Under the pieces are notes generated by a model, which was not told the DNA's origin, did not search any database, and saw only the letters and a program-made list of their open reading frames with translations. This document shows, one piece after another, positions 10,244 to 21,500 of a DNA stretch of 64,000 nucleotides. This DNA is from a virus, in IMG/VR virus record IMGVR_UViG_3300042569_002607, positions 1 to 64,000 of that record. One strand, written 5' to 3'. The position numbers and the translations under genes are program-made. Within the stretch, counting starts at the first letter, position 1; each line of letters opens with the position of its first letter.

Positions 10244-10668
10244 CGACGATCGATCCGGTGCAGGCGTGGAGCGAGCACACCGTCGCGATTGTCACCGCCG
10301 ATGCCGAACTCCGCACGCTGATGGGGCGCCCCAGCGGTCTCATCGTGCCGTGGTCCACCTTCACGCTCGACGGCCCGTTGCCGGTGATCTGCTATGCCGA
10401 GATCGCCGGCCCTTCTCCCCTCAGCTCGCGCACCCAGCGCTTTTCCGCCGGGTTCGCGGTCTTCGCCGCGTCGCGATCGCTCGCCAACACGATCTGCAAG
10501 CGGCTCGACAACCTGCTGAAGTACCCGGCCTACGCGGCGCGCGGGGCGGACATCGCGCGCGACCCCGCCTCCCCGGCTGACCGCTCGTGGCCCCCCGCCG
10601 AGCCACGGCAAGATGACGCCGCGCAGTTTCGCGCCGACGTCGACCTCACGTTCCTCGTGCCCGGGTAA
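10240..10668 (+). CDS. putative tail terminator
   Basis: Size, position before the tail tube, ADAELRTLMG...LPVICY pattern. Confidence 0.6.
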   Translation: MTTIDPVQAWSEHTVAIVTADAELRTLMGRPSGLIVPWSTFTLDGPLPVICYAEIAGPSPLSSRTQRFSAGFAVFAASRSLANTICKRLDNLLKYPAYAARGADIARDPASPADRSWPPAEPRQDDAAQFRADVDLTFLVPG

Positions 10669-10691
10669 TCCCGGCCCTTCCTGGAGAACAC

Positions 10692-12143
10692 ATGGGTATT
10701 CTCGACAAGCAATTCGACGTCGTCACGGGCTTTCACCTCTTCGTCGACACCCCGACCGGCGGCAATACGACCCTGTCGGCGGCCGCGCTGGCGGGAGCCA
10801 GTACGCTGGTCCTCACGTCGGCCACCAACTTTGCCATTGGCGACGACATTCGCGTCGGCTCCGGCGAAGATGCGGAGCTCTGCCGCATTCAGAACCTCGT
10901 GACGAACACCGTGACGTTGGCCAAGCCGCTGCTGTTCCCCCACCCGATTGCGGACCCCGTGGTCGAGCAGTCGGCGTTGGATCTCGGCGTGCCGGAAGCC
11001 GATGGCGCGCGCTTCAACTGTCAGGTGGAGAACACCGACGTGTTCTCGGCGCTGCAGAAGCTCGCGTATGGCACGCTCGTCGGCTACGGCGACCTGACGG
11101 TCTCGTGGCGCTACATGGCCATCACAGCGGACGTGATCGCGGCCGCCCTCGGATTGCCGCGCTCCAACGTCCTCGGCAACGGGACGGCGGCCGCGCAGAC
11201 CGGCACCGCGGGCCCTCGGTTGTTCACCACCGACGGCACCACGCTTGGAGCGGCGGCAAACTTCTCGGTCGTCATCACGGGTACGCTCAATGACGGCAGC
11301 AACGTGAAGGCGACGTTCAACGGGCTCAGCTTCAACCCGACCGTGTTCACCACGACGTTCTCGCGTGGGCAGCTCGCGACGGTGCCGGTGGCGGCGCTCG
11401 CTGCAAGTGCGGCCTTCGACTTCACCAACGTCACGTTCACGCCGGCGAACGTCATCAACACGTTCGCCTCGACCAACGCGGATCTCTTCGCCGAGATCGT
11501 CGCGGTGGCGCAGCTGACCGACTCCGGGACCGCCACCACGCTGAACGGTGCGGTGGCCGCTGGCGCATACAGTGCCGTCGTCGCGTCGGCAGCGGGCATT
11601 GTTGCGGGCGACTGGGTGCGCGTTGGCAATGAGTTCCACCTCGTGCACGGCGTCGTCACGAACACGCTGAGCTTCCGGACGCAGGTGCAGCGCGCGCAGG
11701 CCACCGGTGTGGCCGTCGTAAAGCAGAACGTGACCGACGTCGGCGGCATCGATGGCGGGTTCACGATCGCGACGCCGGGTCAGGTGACGCCGCAGCGTTC
11801 GGAAACGCGCCGACTCTCGCTCAAGTACCGCACCGGCAACATCTCGGCGCAGCTCAATTTCAACGCCACGGGGGTGACGCCCGAAAACCTGCAGCGGGCC
11901 TTTGGTATTGCCCCCGCGGCGTACGCCAACAGCGTACTGCCGATCACGTCGGCCACGGTGGCGAAGAACCTCACGGGCACGTTCGTGTTCACCGGGCTGA
12001 CGCAGGGGGGGCGGAGCGTCACCATCTGCGGCTGGAACGGCACGTGTCAGCCGAATGGCGAACTGAACATGACCCAAGCGTCGGCGCTCACGGTGCCGAT
12101 CGCGTACAAGCCGCAGGCGCTGCAGGTCTTCGTCAACACGTGA
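10692..12143 (+). CDS. major tail tube protein with internal duplication
   Basis: GGAG RBS; position; Thr/Ala/Val-rich; two homologous halves. Confidence 0.7.
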   Translation: MGILDKQFDVVTGFHLFVDTPTGGNTTLSAAALAGASTLVLTSATNFAIGDDIRVGSGEDAELCRIQNLVTNTVTLAKPLLFPHPIADPVVEQSALDLGVPEADGARFNCQVENTDVFSALQKLAYGTLVGYGDLTVSWRYMAITADVIAAALGLPRSNVLGNGTAAAQTGTAGPRLFTTDGTTLGAAANFSVVITGTLNDGSNVKATFNGLSFNPTVFTTTFSRGQLATVPVAALAASAAFDFTNVTFTPANVINTFASTNADLFAEIVAVAQLTDSGTATTLNGAVAAGAYSAVVASAAGIVAGDWVRVGNEFHLVHGVVTNTLSFRTQVQRAQATGVAVVKQNVTDVGGIDGGFTIATPGQVTPQRSETRRLSLKYRTGNISAQLNFNATGVTPENLQRAFGIAPAAYANSVLPITSATVAKNLTGTFVFTGLTQGGRSVTICGWNGTCQPNGELNMTQASALTVPIAYKPQALQVFVNT

Positions 12144-13054
12144 GCACGTCGCCGGAGGGAAAGCCCCCGCGATCCCGCCGGCGCGTCGCGCCCGATCCTA
12201 TCCGCGAGGACGGGGTCGGGCGTGACGTGTTGCAGGCACGCTGTCAGGTGCTCGAGCTGGCCGTGTCGAAGCAACCCGGCATCACGCCGGAGCTGGTGGC
12301 GGCCAACCGCCCCGGCGGCGCCGACAATAAGGACCAGAGTGGGACCGGCTGGCTCACCTATCTCTGTTGGCTGCACGGACAGTACGCGCGCGGCCCGCAG
12401 ACCCCGAAGGGCAACGCCGCCCGCTGGGATGCGCGCGCGATGGACGACATGCGCGCCGCGATGGCGGCGGAGCCGATCTATCTGACGATGGAAAACGGGC
12501 GGCAGATCGGCGTCTACCCCAAGGGCGAGGCGGCCCTTAACCGGCTCGTCGTGAACCAGATGGCGTTGCAGTGGGCGACCATCCGCCGCGTGGCGCTCCA
12601 TGATCTTGCCGACGAGCACACGACGACGACGCTCGACACCCTCCGGGATGTGACCCGGTTCGAAGCGTTCTTGCAGGCCGAGTTCATCACCATCGTGACG
12701 CATCCCGGCGCGTATCTCCCGTGGGACGACGTGGGCACGTGGGAGCATCCGCTCCCGCGGTGGACGCTCGAGGCCTCGCCGTTCGATCTCCTGGCGATTC
12801 GCGCCGCGTACTACGACGTGAACCTGTTCCGCATCAACGCGATTGCCGAGCGGTCGCGGCACTTTGCCAGCAGTGGTGATCCCATGCCGCTCGCCGCGTT
12901 CCTCGGCGTGATGGCCGACGAGCTGAAGGTGAAGCCGGAAGAGTTGGCCCGCCGCTACTCGCTCGGCGAAGTGTTCGCGATGAGCTACGCGAAGTATGAG
13001 GCGACCGAGCGCGCAAAGGCTCGCGCGGCCGCTGACGCGCCCCCGAAGACGTAA
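12140..13054 (+). CDS. putative tail assembly chaperone
   Basis: Lies between tail tube and tape measure; GTGA overlap. Confidence 0.5.
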   Translation: MSTSPEGKPPRSRRRVAPDPIREDGVGRDVLQARCQVLELAVSKQPGITPELVAANRPGGADNKDQSGTGWLTYLCWLHGQYARGPQTPKGNAARWDARAMDDMRAAMAAEPIYLTMENGRQIGVYPKGEAALNRLVVNQMALQWATIRRVALHDLADEHTTTTLDTLRDVTRFEAFLQAEFITIVTHPGAYLPWDDVGTWEHPLPRWTLEASPFDLLAIRAAYYDVNLFRINAIAERSRHFASSGDPMPLAAFLGVMADELKVKPEELARRYSLGEVFAMSYAKYEATERAKARAAADAPPKT

Positions 13055-13077
13055 CCTCGCCCGCACCTGAGACGCTG

Positions 13078-16000
13078 ATGTCCACCGAGACCAAGCTCGA
13101 TACGGTTTTCTACGAGATCGAAGCGAAGACCGACCTGTTCGATCGACAGATCGACCGGGCGCGGCAGAGCTTGCGCGCGCTCACCGGGGAGAAGCCCCCG
13201 GCCATCTCGGTGAAGGCCGATACCACGACTCTCGATCGCGACATCGACCGCACGAAGCGGAAGATCAAAGAGGAGTTCGGGCCCGGGAACGCCACGACGG
13301 TGAAGCTGTCGGGCGACATTCAGCAGCTTGAAAAGGCACTGAACGAGGCGAAGCGATCGGCAGCGGAACTCGGGGCGACGCGGGCCGGCAAGCCGATGGT
13401 GGCGAAGCTCGACGCGCAGATCAGCGCCTTCGAAGCGAAGATCACGCGGGCGAAGGCGCAGATCGCGCAGCTGACCAGCCAGCCGCAGTCGGTCAAGTTC
13501 GATGCGCAGGCCACATCGCTCACGTCGGCCCTCAAGAAGCTGTCGCTCGATATCGGGGACTTCGGGGAGCAGACCGCCGGTCGCCTCAATGTGTCGCCGC
13601 CGCTGGAGGAGAGCACCAGCGCCGCCAAGGCGTTCGCTGACGAGTTCGAAGTCGCCGGGACCCGCGTGGGCGCGAGCGCGACCGAGATGGCCGCCAAACT
13701 CGCGAACCCGTACACGGCGGTGGCCGCGCTCACCACTGCGCTGGCCACGCTGACGGTGATCGGGACCCAAGAAGCGGCGAAGCTCGATACCGCATTCCGC
13801 TCGCTCGAATCGGCCTTGCCACAGGGGACGAGTGTCGAAGGGCTCGGCTCGCTGAAGACCGAGATCGTGGAGTTGTCGAAAGTCACGCCGCGCTTGCCGG
13901 GCGAGCTCGCGGCGACTGCGAAGGCGATCACCGACATGGGCACCGCCGATCCCGCGGAAGTGGGCCGGAATCTGCGCACGCTCGCGCTCGTGGGCGACGC
14001 CCTGGGCAAGACGGATCTCAACCCGCTCGCCGATCAGCTCGACCTCATTGGGGATGCCTTCGGGCTCACCGGGGAGGGCGCCCGGCAGGCGTACGTGCAG
14101 ATCGTGGCCATGGCCAAGGGCCGCATCGACATCGACGATCTGAGTGGCGTGCTGTCGAAGAGCGCGACGCGCATGAACGCGCTCGGCATTTCTGCCCAAG
14201 AAGCGGCCTCGGCGATGGTCGTGCTGGTGGATGCCGGGGTGAACTCGCGGCAGATCACGACGGGACTGATTGATCTGCTCGACAAGGCCGGCAACGCACA
14301 ACGCGCCGCGCTGGAGGCAGCGTCCGCCGGGAAGGCTGGCGACGCAAAAGCCCTTGAGGTGTTTGCGCGCACGGTGAACGACACCAACGTGCGCGCGCTC
14401 GGTCTTGTGGGCACGCTGGGCCGATTGTTTACGGAGTTCAAGGGCAGCCGCGAAGCGTTCCAAGCGGCGGGGCTCTCGCTGAATGACTATCAGATTGCCC
14501 AGAAGGCGGCGGCGGCGTCGGTGGATGCCGCAAGCACGAAGACCCTCTCGTACGCCGACTCGCTGGCGAAGCTCGGCGCTTCGGCGCAGACCAATCGGGA
14601 ATCGGCCGGCGCGTTGTCGCAGATCATCAAGAACGAACTGGGTGCGCAGCTGGTCGACTTGGGCAACATCTTCCTGCCGAAGGTGATCAGCGGGCTGAGT
14701 ATCATGGCGGACCTACTGTCGCGCACTCGTCGCGAGGCAAAAGGCGCCGCCGAAGCGATGCCGGAAATCAAGGCGCTCTTGGATAGGGGCTCACTCGGCG
14801 CGGCCGTGCGGAAGGTCCAGCCGATCGTTCAGAGCGTGAATACGACGCCAGGCGTCATCGACGGCTACAGCGTTGAGCAGCTCCGTGACCTACAGGCGAT
14901 CTTCCGTCGGGTGGCGAACGCCGGCGAAGGTGGTGACGGACTCACGTCGGCGCTGCAAAAGGTGGAGGATCGCATTCGGTCGCTGTCCGGCGCGACTGCC
15001 GCGCTCGTGGTGGAGACGAAGCCAGTCCCGAACGCCTTCGAGAACGCATCCGCCAAGGCCGCCGCGCTCGCCACGAAAAACGCCGAGCTCGAGCAGCGCT
15101 TCCAATCGGCGATCGAAGGGGTCAAAGACTACGGGGAATCGCTGAACGATAGCGATCAGCCGATGGCGGCATTTGAGCGCCGCCAAGACGCGATCCGCCG
15201 TGAACTCGACAAGGTGATCGGGACGTTGCCGAAGGTCCGGCAGGCCTCGGCGCGGCTGCAGGCGAACACGATACTCGACCAACTGGCTGACGCCGGCGAA
15301 CGACTGCGCGACTCGCAGGGAATCGACCTCGCGGGAAAGTTGGCCGAACTGTTGGCCGGCCAGTCCACCAACGCGGTCGATGCGATCGCCCGCCAATATG
15401 CAGAACTCGAGAAGCGGCTGCGGGCGGTGGCGACGGCGGCAGACTCTCTCGGGACGGAAGAAGGCAAGCTGACCGCGAAGCGGGCGAATGAGGGCATCAA
15501 AGCGCTGGAGGGCCAACGCGACGCCCTCATCGAGGTCGAGCGGGTCGCGCAGGAATTTGCGCGGTCGCTGCAGACGATCACGACGTTCGAGCGGCAGAGT
15601 AATGCGGGGTTCGCGGAGGCCGGCGTCACCCTCGCCGATTACCGCAAGGCGCTTGGCGATCTCGCACGCGAAGAAAGCCGGCTGCGCGAGATTCGGGACC
15701 GCGCAGCGGAGGGCACTGTCGCGCGCACGAAGGCGGAGGAAGCGCTCAAGGCGGTGCAGGCCAAGCGCCTTGAGATCGAGAAGAACGGCGAGCAGGCCAT
15801 CCCGAAGTCGGCTGAAGCCGTCGGGCTCACGCAACGGCTCGGCTCCAGCCTCAAGGTGGCCGCACAAGCGGGGCTCGGTCTCGTGCAGATCATTGGGCAA
15901 GGGAACAGTGAACTCGGCGCCATGCTCGCGGGCGTCGGCTCGCTCGCGGCGGGCATTGAGGGCATCGCGGCGGCCGCGCAAAAGGCCGGCGGCTTCTCGA

Positions 16001-18504
16001 AGCTGTTTTCGAGCGGTGCTGGTATCGCGTCGGTCATTCCGGCGCTGACGCAGACCGTCGGCGGCATCGTCGCGGTCTCGCAATCCCTTGGTGGCAATGA
16101 CCAAGCGGGCAAGGCGCTCCGTGACACGATGGAAGCGAATACCGCCGCGATCGTGCTCCTCTCCCGCAACCTGAACGATCTGGGCGCGAGCTTCAGCGGT
16201 ACGCAGCTGCGCGGGGTGTTCGATGGCATTCAGCGGCTGTTCAGCGAGGGGCGCACCCCGAGCAACTTCCTGAATCTCGGCGTGGCCAAGATCGGGCAGA
16301 AGTACAACAACTACAGCCTCGGTGACGAGCGGCTGCCGGACTACGTGAAGATCGATCCGAACAAGTTCTTCGCGTCTGTGGGCACCAGCATGGCCGATGT
16401 CGAAGCGGTGGCAAAGAAGCTGGGGATCACGTTGGACGGCTCGGTGGGCAGCTACCGCAAGCTGGCGGAGGCGCTCGCCAAAGCCGACTTCGAAGCGCTG
16501 TCGAACACGCTGGAAGGGATCACGCGCCGGTTCTCGATTCTGAACAAGATCGCCGGCACGTCGAACGACCCGCTCGAGCAAGTCGCCAACAAGTTCCGCA
16601 GCATCGTCGGCATCGCCCCGGAGATCGCCAAGATCTTCGACGTGAACGACGTGTTTACGTCGGAAGGGCGTGCCCGACTGCGCGCGGGGGTAGCGGACCT
16701 ACTCACGGAGGTGCTGTCGTTCGACGCCGATTCGGAAGAGGCGAAGGACTTCATGCTAAACAAGCTCGGCGGGCTTTCGCTGGATGAGTTCCTGACGCTC
16801 TTCGGCGGGATCCTTGATGGGCTCGATGATTTCCGCGATGGCTTGGAGTCGTTCGTCGACGGGCTCGACGTGTTCCAGAAGGCCGCGCACGTGTTCGGCG
16901 CACAGGGGCTGAGCTACGTCACCGGGCTGATCAATGCCTACGGCAACAAGTTCGGCTCGCTGCAGGGGCTGCTGGATGGCGTGGATCTGTCCACCGCGGA
17001 CGGCGTGGCCACGGTGCTCTCGCGACTGCGGGCGCGCTTCGCCGAACTGCTGGAAGGCGGCCTGACGCTGGAGGAAGCGGATATCGCGGACGCGATTCTC
17101 GACATCATTGGCACGCTCGAGCAGCTGCCGGCCGCCCTGGATCCGCTGTCAGAGGCCATCAATACCGCGTCCGAGAAGTTCGGGATTTTCGGCACGTCGG
17201 CGAAAGATCAGTTCACCGAGCTCGGGGCGTACTTCAAGGCGAAGTTCCCGTTCAAGGGACCGACTGGACTTGCCGACGTGTTGGGCCCGGACTTCCAGAA
17301 CGAAATTGGTACGGAGGCCGGCCGCACGAAGCTCAAGGACAACATCGGCGCCGCCATCAACGCGATTCTCGCCGACGGCAAGATCACGGACGCCGAGCGC
17401 CCGTTGTTGGATGCGTTAAAGCAGCTGTTCTCCCTGGTCAACCAGACGATCAAGGATGCGGCGGATGAAGCCCAAAAGAATGCGGACGACGTCGCCAACA
17501 CAGCGGCCACGACCGAGCAGACGCGGCAGGCGGGCTTGGGTGGGCGGGCGCGCGACGCGCGGATGAACATCGGCCTGAATGATCTCACCGGCGCCGAGGC
17601 GTTCACGGCTTCTCTGCAAGGGTACAGCGCCGCCTTTGCGGCGCTCTTCGCCACGTTCGATGTGACGACGCTCGAAGGCATCGACGCGGCGAACGCGGGG
17701 CTGATCGACATTTACAACAGCCTCGCCACGATGACGGACGCCGAGATCCTCGACAAGTTCGGGATGACGCGCGATGAGGTGCTGACGGCGCTGGCCGACG
17801 TGGAAGGCGGTTTGGATGGCCTTTCGAGCACGCTGCAGGATTTCAAGAAGCGCGGCGTCGACTTCGTGAAGGACCTGAACATCGAATTCCTGAACGCCAC
17901 CGGGCAGGGCTTGGAGGCGGTCAAGATCCAAACAAAGCTCTGGGTAGAGCAGATGATCGCCACCGCCAAGACACTCGGCGTGTGGACCCAGGAGATCGAG
18001 AATCAGATCCGGGCGGTGGGCACGTCGCGCATCAACAACGCGGCAAGTGCCGCGGCGCCCCAATCCTCGGTGTCGTTCAGTAGTGCGCGGGCGGAGTCGA
18101 CGGCGGCAGACGTGAGAACGATCGACGGGGAGATCACCGCGCAGCGGGTCCAATCGATCACGGCCGCGGAAGCGATGACCCTCACGAACGTGCTCGCGTC
18201 GTCGTTGGTGGAGCACCGCGCGATCCGCGTCGCGTCCGAGCAAATGGCCGCCATGCTGTCGGTCCTCGTCGGCGGCCCCCTCCCGTCACTGCAGGTGCCG
18301 TCGTTGCCGATGGGGACCGGGCAATACGGCGCATCGGCGCCTGGCATGTTCACGCTCATCGTGAACGTTAACGGCCCCATTCTCGGCCAGTCCGCCAGCG
18401 ACGCTGGCCGGCAGCTAGCGGAAGCGGCGTTGCCCTATCTGAACGAATCGCTTGCGCGCGCGGCGGGCGTTCAAGCGCAGCTCGCCGGGGTGCCACTGTC
18501 ATGA
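13078..18504 (+). CDS. tail tape measure protein (1808 aa)
   Basis: Very long Ala/Leu-rich helical ORF with a TP901-type core region; position. Confidence 0.9.
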   Translation: MSTETKLDTVFYEIEAKTDLFDRQIDRARQSLRALTGEKPPAISVKADTTTLDRDIDRTKRKIKEEFGPGNATTVKLSGDIQQLEKALNEAKRSAAELGATRAGKPMVAKLDAQISAFEAKITRAKAQIAQLTSQPQSVKFDAQATSLTSALKKLSLDIGDFGEQTAGRLNVSPPLEESTSAAKAFADEFEVAGTRVGASATEMAAKLANPYTAVAALTTALATLTVIGTQEAAKLDTAFRSLESALPQGTSVEGLGSLKTEIVELSKVTPRLPGELAATAKAITDMGTADPAEVGRNLRTLALVGDALGKTDLNPLADQLDLIGDAFGLTGEGARQAYVQIVAMAKGRIDIDDLSGVLSKSATRMNALGISAQEAASAMVVLVDAGVNSRQITTGLIDLLDKAGNAQRAALEAASAGKAGDAKALEVFARTVNDTNVRALGLVGTLGRLFTEFKGSREAFQAAGLSLNDYQIAQKAAAASVDAASTKTLSYADSLAKLGASAQTNRESAGALSQIIKNELGAQLVDLGNIFLPKVISGLSIMADLLSRTRREAKGAAEAMPEIKALLDRGSLGAAVRKVQPIVQSVNTTPGVIDGYSVEQLRDLQAIFRRVANAGEGGDGLTSALQKVEDRIRSLSGATAALVVETKPVPNAFENASAKAAALATKNAELEQRFQSAIEGVKDYGESLNDSDQPMAAFERRQDAIRRELDKVIGTLPKVRQASARLQANTILDQLADAGERLRDSQGIDLAGKLAELLAGQSTNAVDAIARQYAELEKRLRAVATAADSLGTEEGKLTAKRANEGIKALEGQRDALIEVERVAQEFARSLQTITTFERQSNAGFAEAGVTLADYRKALGDLAREESRLREIRDRAAEGTVARTKAEEALKAVQAKRLEIEKNGEQAIPKSAEAVGLTQRLGSSLKVAAQAGLGLVQIIGQGNSELGAMLAGVGSLAAGIEGIAAAAQKAGGFSKLFSSGAGIASVIPALTQTVGGIVAVSQSLGGNDQAGKALRDTMEANTAAIVLLSRNLNDLGASFSGTQLRGVFDGIQRLFSEGRTPSNFLNLGVAKIGQKYNNYSLGDERLPDYVKIDPNKFFASVGTSMADVEAVAKKLGITLDGSVGSYRKLAEALAKADFEALSNTLEGITRRFSILNKIAGTSNDPLEQVANKFRSIVGIAPEIAKIFDVNDVFTSEGRARLRAGVADLLTEVLSFDADSEEAKDFMLNKLGGLSLDEFLTLFGGILDGLDDFRDGLESFVDGLDVFQKAAHVFGAQGLSYVTGLINAYGNKFGSLQGLLDGVDLSTADGVATVLSRLRARFAELLEGGLTLEEADIADAILDIIGTLEQLPAALDPLSEAINTASEKFGIFGTSAKDQFTELGAYFKAKFPFKGPTGLADVLGPDFQNEIGTEAGRTKLKDNIGAAINAILADGKITDAERPLLDALKQLFSLVNQTIKDAADEAQKNADDVANTAATTEQTRQAGLGGRARDARMNIGLNDLTGAEAFTASLQGYSAAFAALFATFDVTTLEGIDAANAGLIDIYNSLATMTDAEILDKFGMTRDEVLTALADVEGGLDGLSSTLQDFKKRGVDFVKDLNIEFLNATGQGLEAVKIQTKLWVEQMIATAKTLGVWTQEIENQIRAVGTSRINNAASAAAPQSSVSFSSARAESTAADVRTIDGEITAQRVQSITAAEAMTLTNVLASSLVEHRAIRVASEQMAAMLSVLVGGPLPSLQVPSLPMGTGQYGASAPGMFTLIVNVNGPILGQSASDAGRQLAEAALPYLNESLARAAGVQAQLAGVPLS

Positions 18505-21500
18505 TCACACCCACGCTCGAAGTCATCTCGGCATTCGCCACTGGCAGCGCCAATGGTAAGCTTGAACTTGTACGCGCGGTCTCGGTGCAGCAGATCGACA
18601 ACAACGACGCCCTCGTGGCGGCCGTGCGATTGCCGACGAATGTACCCGTGAAACAGCGCACGAAGCTGCGGTTCACCGGAAACGACGGTTACGTCCGCGA
18701 GTATAGGGTGCGGCGCTACCGTACGAACACGCAAAATCGCGTGATGGAGATCGAAGCCGGCCCAGTCTGGATGGACCTCGCGACCGCGGGCGACACGGCT
18801 ACTACCAACGCCAACGCAACTACCTTCACGATTGAGGCGACGCTCAGCGCGAGCGATTGGCTGACGTCTCTGGTTCTCACCAATCTCGCCAGCGACGGCC
18901 TGACGTGGCTCGACACCGTGCTCGGCACGATTGAAGCTACCGGCACGCGGTACTTCAAGTTCGTCAATGCGACGCGTCTTGAAATTCTGCAAGCGGTCGC
19001 TGCGGCGTTTCAGGTCGAGTGGTCCATTGCTCAGCCGAGTCCGGGTGCCCTGTATCGTATCAATCTGTTCACGCAGCGCGGGGCCTCTGCTGGCGTCTCG
19101 TACTTTGCGCTCGCACGCAACGTGATGCTGAAAGACACGGAGAGTGCGGACGACCAATTGGTGACGCACGTGAAGCCACTCGGCGACACACCGAGCGGTG
19201 GTGTCGATTCGGCAACGCTCGCTGACAATCTGTGGCGTGTGTCCGCTATCACGAGCGGATGGGTGTCTCTGGTTGATCCTGCTGGTGGCAGCGCGCCGAT
19301 CGCTTTGGATGATCTGGCAAATACGATGACGCTGTTTGGTCCGATGACCGGATCAACCGCGCCCTTGACGTACCAGGTGCTCGACAGTCGCGCCAGTGAT
19401 GGCGCGGTCTTGCTGTCGTCGACGAGCGGACTCGCCGTGGGTGCCCTTGTGTCGCTGCGCCGCAATGCATCCGGAGACGGCGTGTACGAGCTGATGCACC
19501 CCGTCGCGGCAGCGGAATACGACCGCGTGGTGGCGACGCCGGAGATGAACGGGATGCGCGGCGAGGCGAACTACGTGGAGGACGGGCGCTTTGTCAATGG
19601 GCTCGCCAACTGGGCCGCAATCAACGGGACGACGCCGCCGAACTTCGTCGAAGTGAAGCGCAGCGAACTTGGTGTCACGCTGAGCGGTCAGGCGAACGGC
19701 GCGCGCGCGGCGGCAACTGGGACGGGGACGCCATTTGCCATCAAGGGACTTCCGGCGAATAGCTTCGTGCGACAGCAAGCGCTCATAAAAGTTGGTGGGG
19801 CGACGCTGCCGGTCACCGCTGACGCGATTCCCGACACGAGCGGCGCGCTCACGCTGGCACTCGGCGGCGCTGGATTGCCAGGCAGCTACCCAGACAACAC
19901 GCCGTTCACGTTGATTCGGCGGGAGGTGCGGACGTGGACGCTGGACGGCGAGCATTCCGTGCTGGCGACGAACCTCCGCTTCACCGACAGCAACACGGAC
20001 GGCATCTTCGCGGTCAATACGGGGACGCTCACGAGCACGTCGGGCGGGTTTGTTGCGGGGATGCAGACCGTTCAGTACGTGGACGCGCCCCTGTTCGCCG
20101 GACGCATTCGGGTATCCCCTCCGTTCGGGTTCTTTCAGGCGCTGGACCTCGGCGCCTCAAGTGTTACTCCGGACTTCGCGTTCGTGCGCTTTGTCAATGC
20201 ATTCTTCGGGGCTACCGTTGGGTCAATCCGCATCATCGGCACGCAAGCCACGCCTGTTGTCGTCGGCACGACGCGCCTGTCGTTTCGCGGGACAAATGGC
20301 GTGGTGGTCTGCGCGAGAGTAAGCGCGAATCTCGGAGGGGGAGATTTTGAGATTACGGCGGAGAATGGGTCCGTGTTCTACGGATTCAACGGCCAAGGGT
20401 ATGATGCCGTAAACGATTGGTTCGTGATGACGGTCAGCAACGGCGTCATGGCAAGCGGATCGACGTGGACCGCCACGCTCACCCGCGAAACGCGCACCGT
20501 GTTCTGCAACGGACCCGTGAGCGCGGGCGCAATGTCGTTGCCGTGCAAGGCGCAAGCGAACCTTGCCACGCGCAATTGGACGGCGAGCGACACGATCTCC
20601 ATGACGCGCGACATTGCGTGCACGGTAGACGTGACCGCAGCGGGCAGCATCGTCGATGAGTTTGAATTCGACATCGATCTCGGGATGGACGTGTTTATTG
20701 GCAAGAGCCATAGCGTCACATTCAACGCGGCCACTAGCACGTTTGACGAGGTCGATGCCGCCGACCGCCCCAACCCGCTATTCCTCGGTGAGTGGCGGTT
20801 TGTTAGCATCGTCGGCAGCACTATCAATCTGTTCAAGGCGCCGGATGATCCGGGCCCCTCCAATCCGCTACCGACCGGCGTTCTTAACCTCGCGTGGGCC
20901 GTCACGGACACCTACGCGCTGACCGGGACGGCAAGCTGGGGCACGAATGGTCGCGTCACGCTGAACTTGGCTAGCGCTATCCCGGCGGGCAGAAGCTACG
21001 CCCGTGGGCTGCCGGTTGGGTCGAATTGGGTCAGCGGGTTTATGCGGCTTCACGCCGCGCGCTCTGGTGGCAACAGCACGGTCGAACTGTTCGGTCATGA
21101 CGCGTTCTTCTCCAACACCGACCCGTCTTCCGCCTCACGCGGCGCATTGTATCGCATCACGGCGAGTGGTAGCACCATGCCGATCCCCGGCAACACGTTG
21201 ACGGCAGCGGCAACCGCGCAGGCAGACGGGAGCGGCAACGCGAGCGTGACGCTCACGGCGGCGAATGCCAACGCGATCGCCAACAACGAAACAGTCACGA
21301 TCGCGACGCCGCAGATGCTGCGCCCGAGCGATCCGCGTACGGGTAGCATCGTGCGCCTGCTCTACGCGGTCGGGAACAGCAGCATCCCACTCACGGCCAC
21401 ACCGGGCATCCGATCCAACTACTGGTGGGTGCCGGTGCCCGTCGGCGGCAGCAAGGTCGTGACGGTGTACGGCGTGATCGCGATGAATACTGGCGCATAC

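Noticed and set aside
12157-12163. Lambda-type G GGA AAG slippery site in the tail chaperone
   Set aside because: It is only 6 codons after the likely start, and the -1 frame stops at 12223-12225, so no G-T extension is possible
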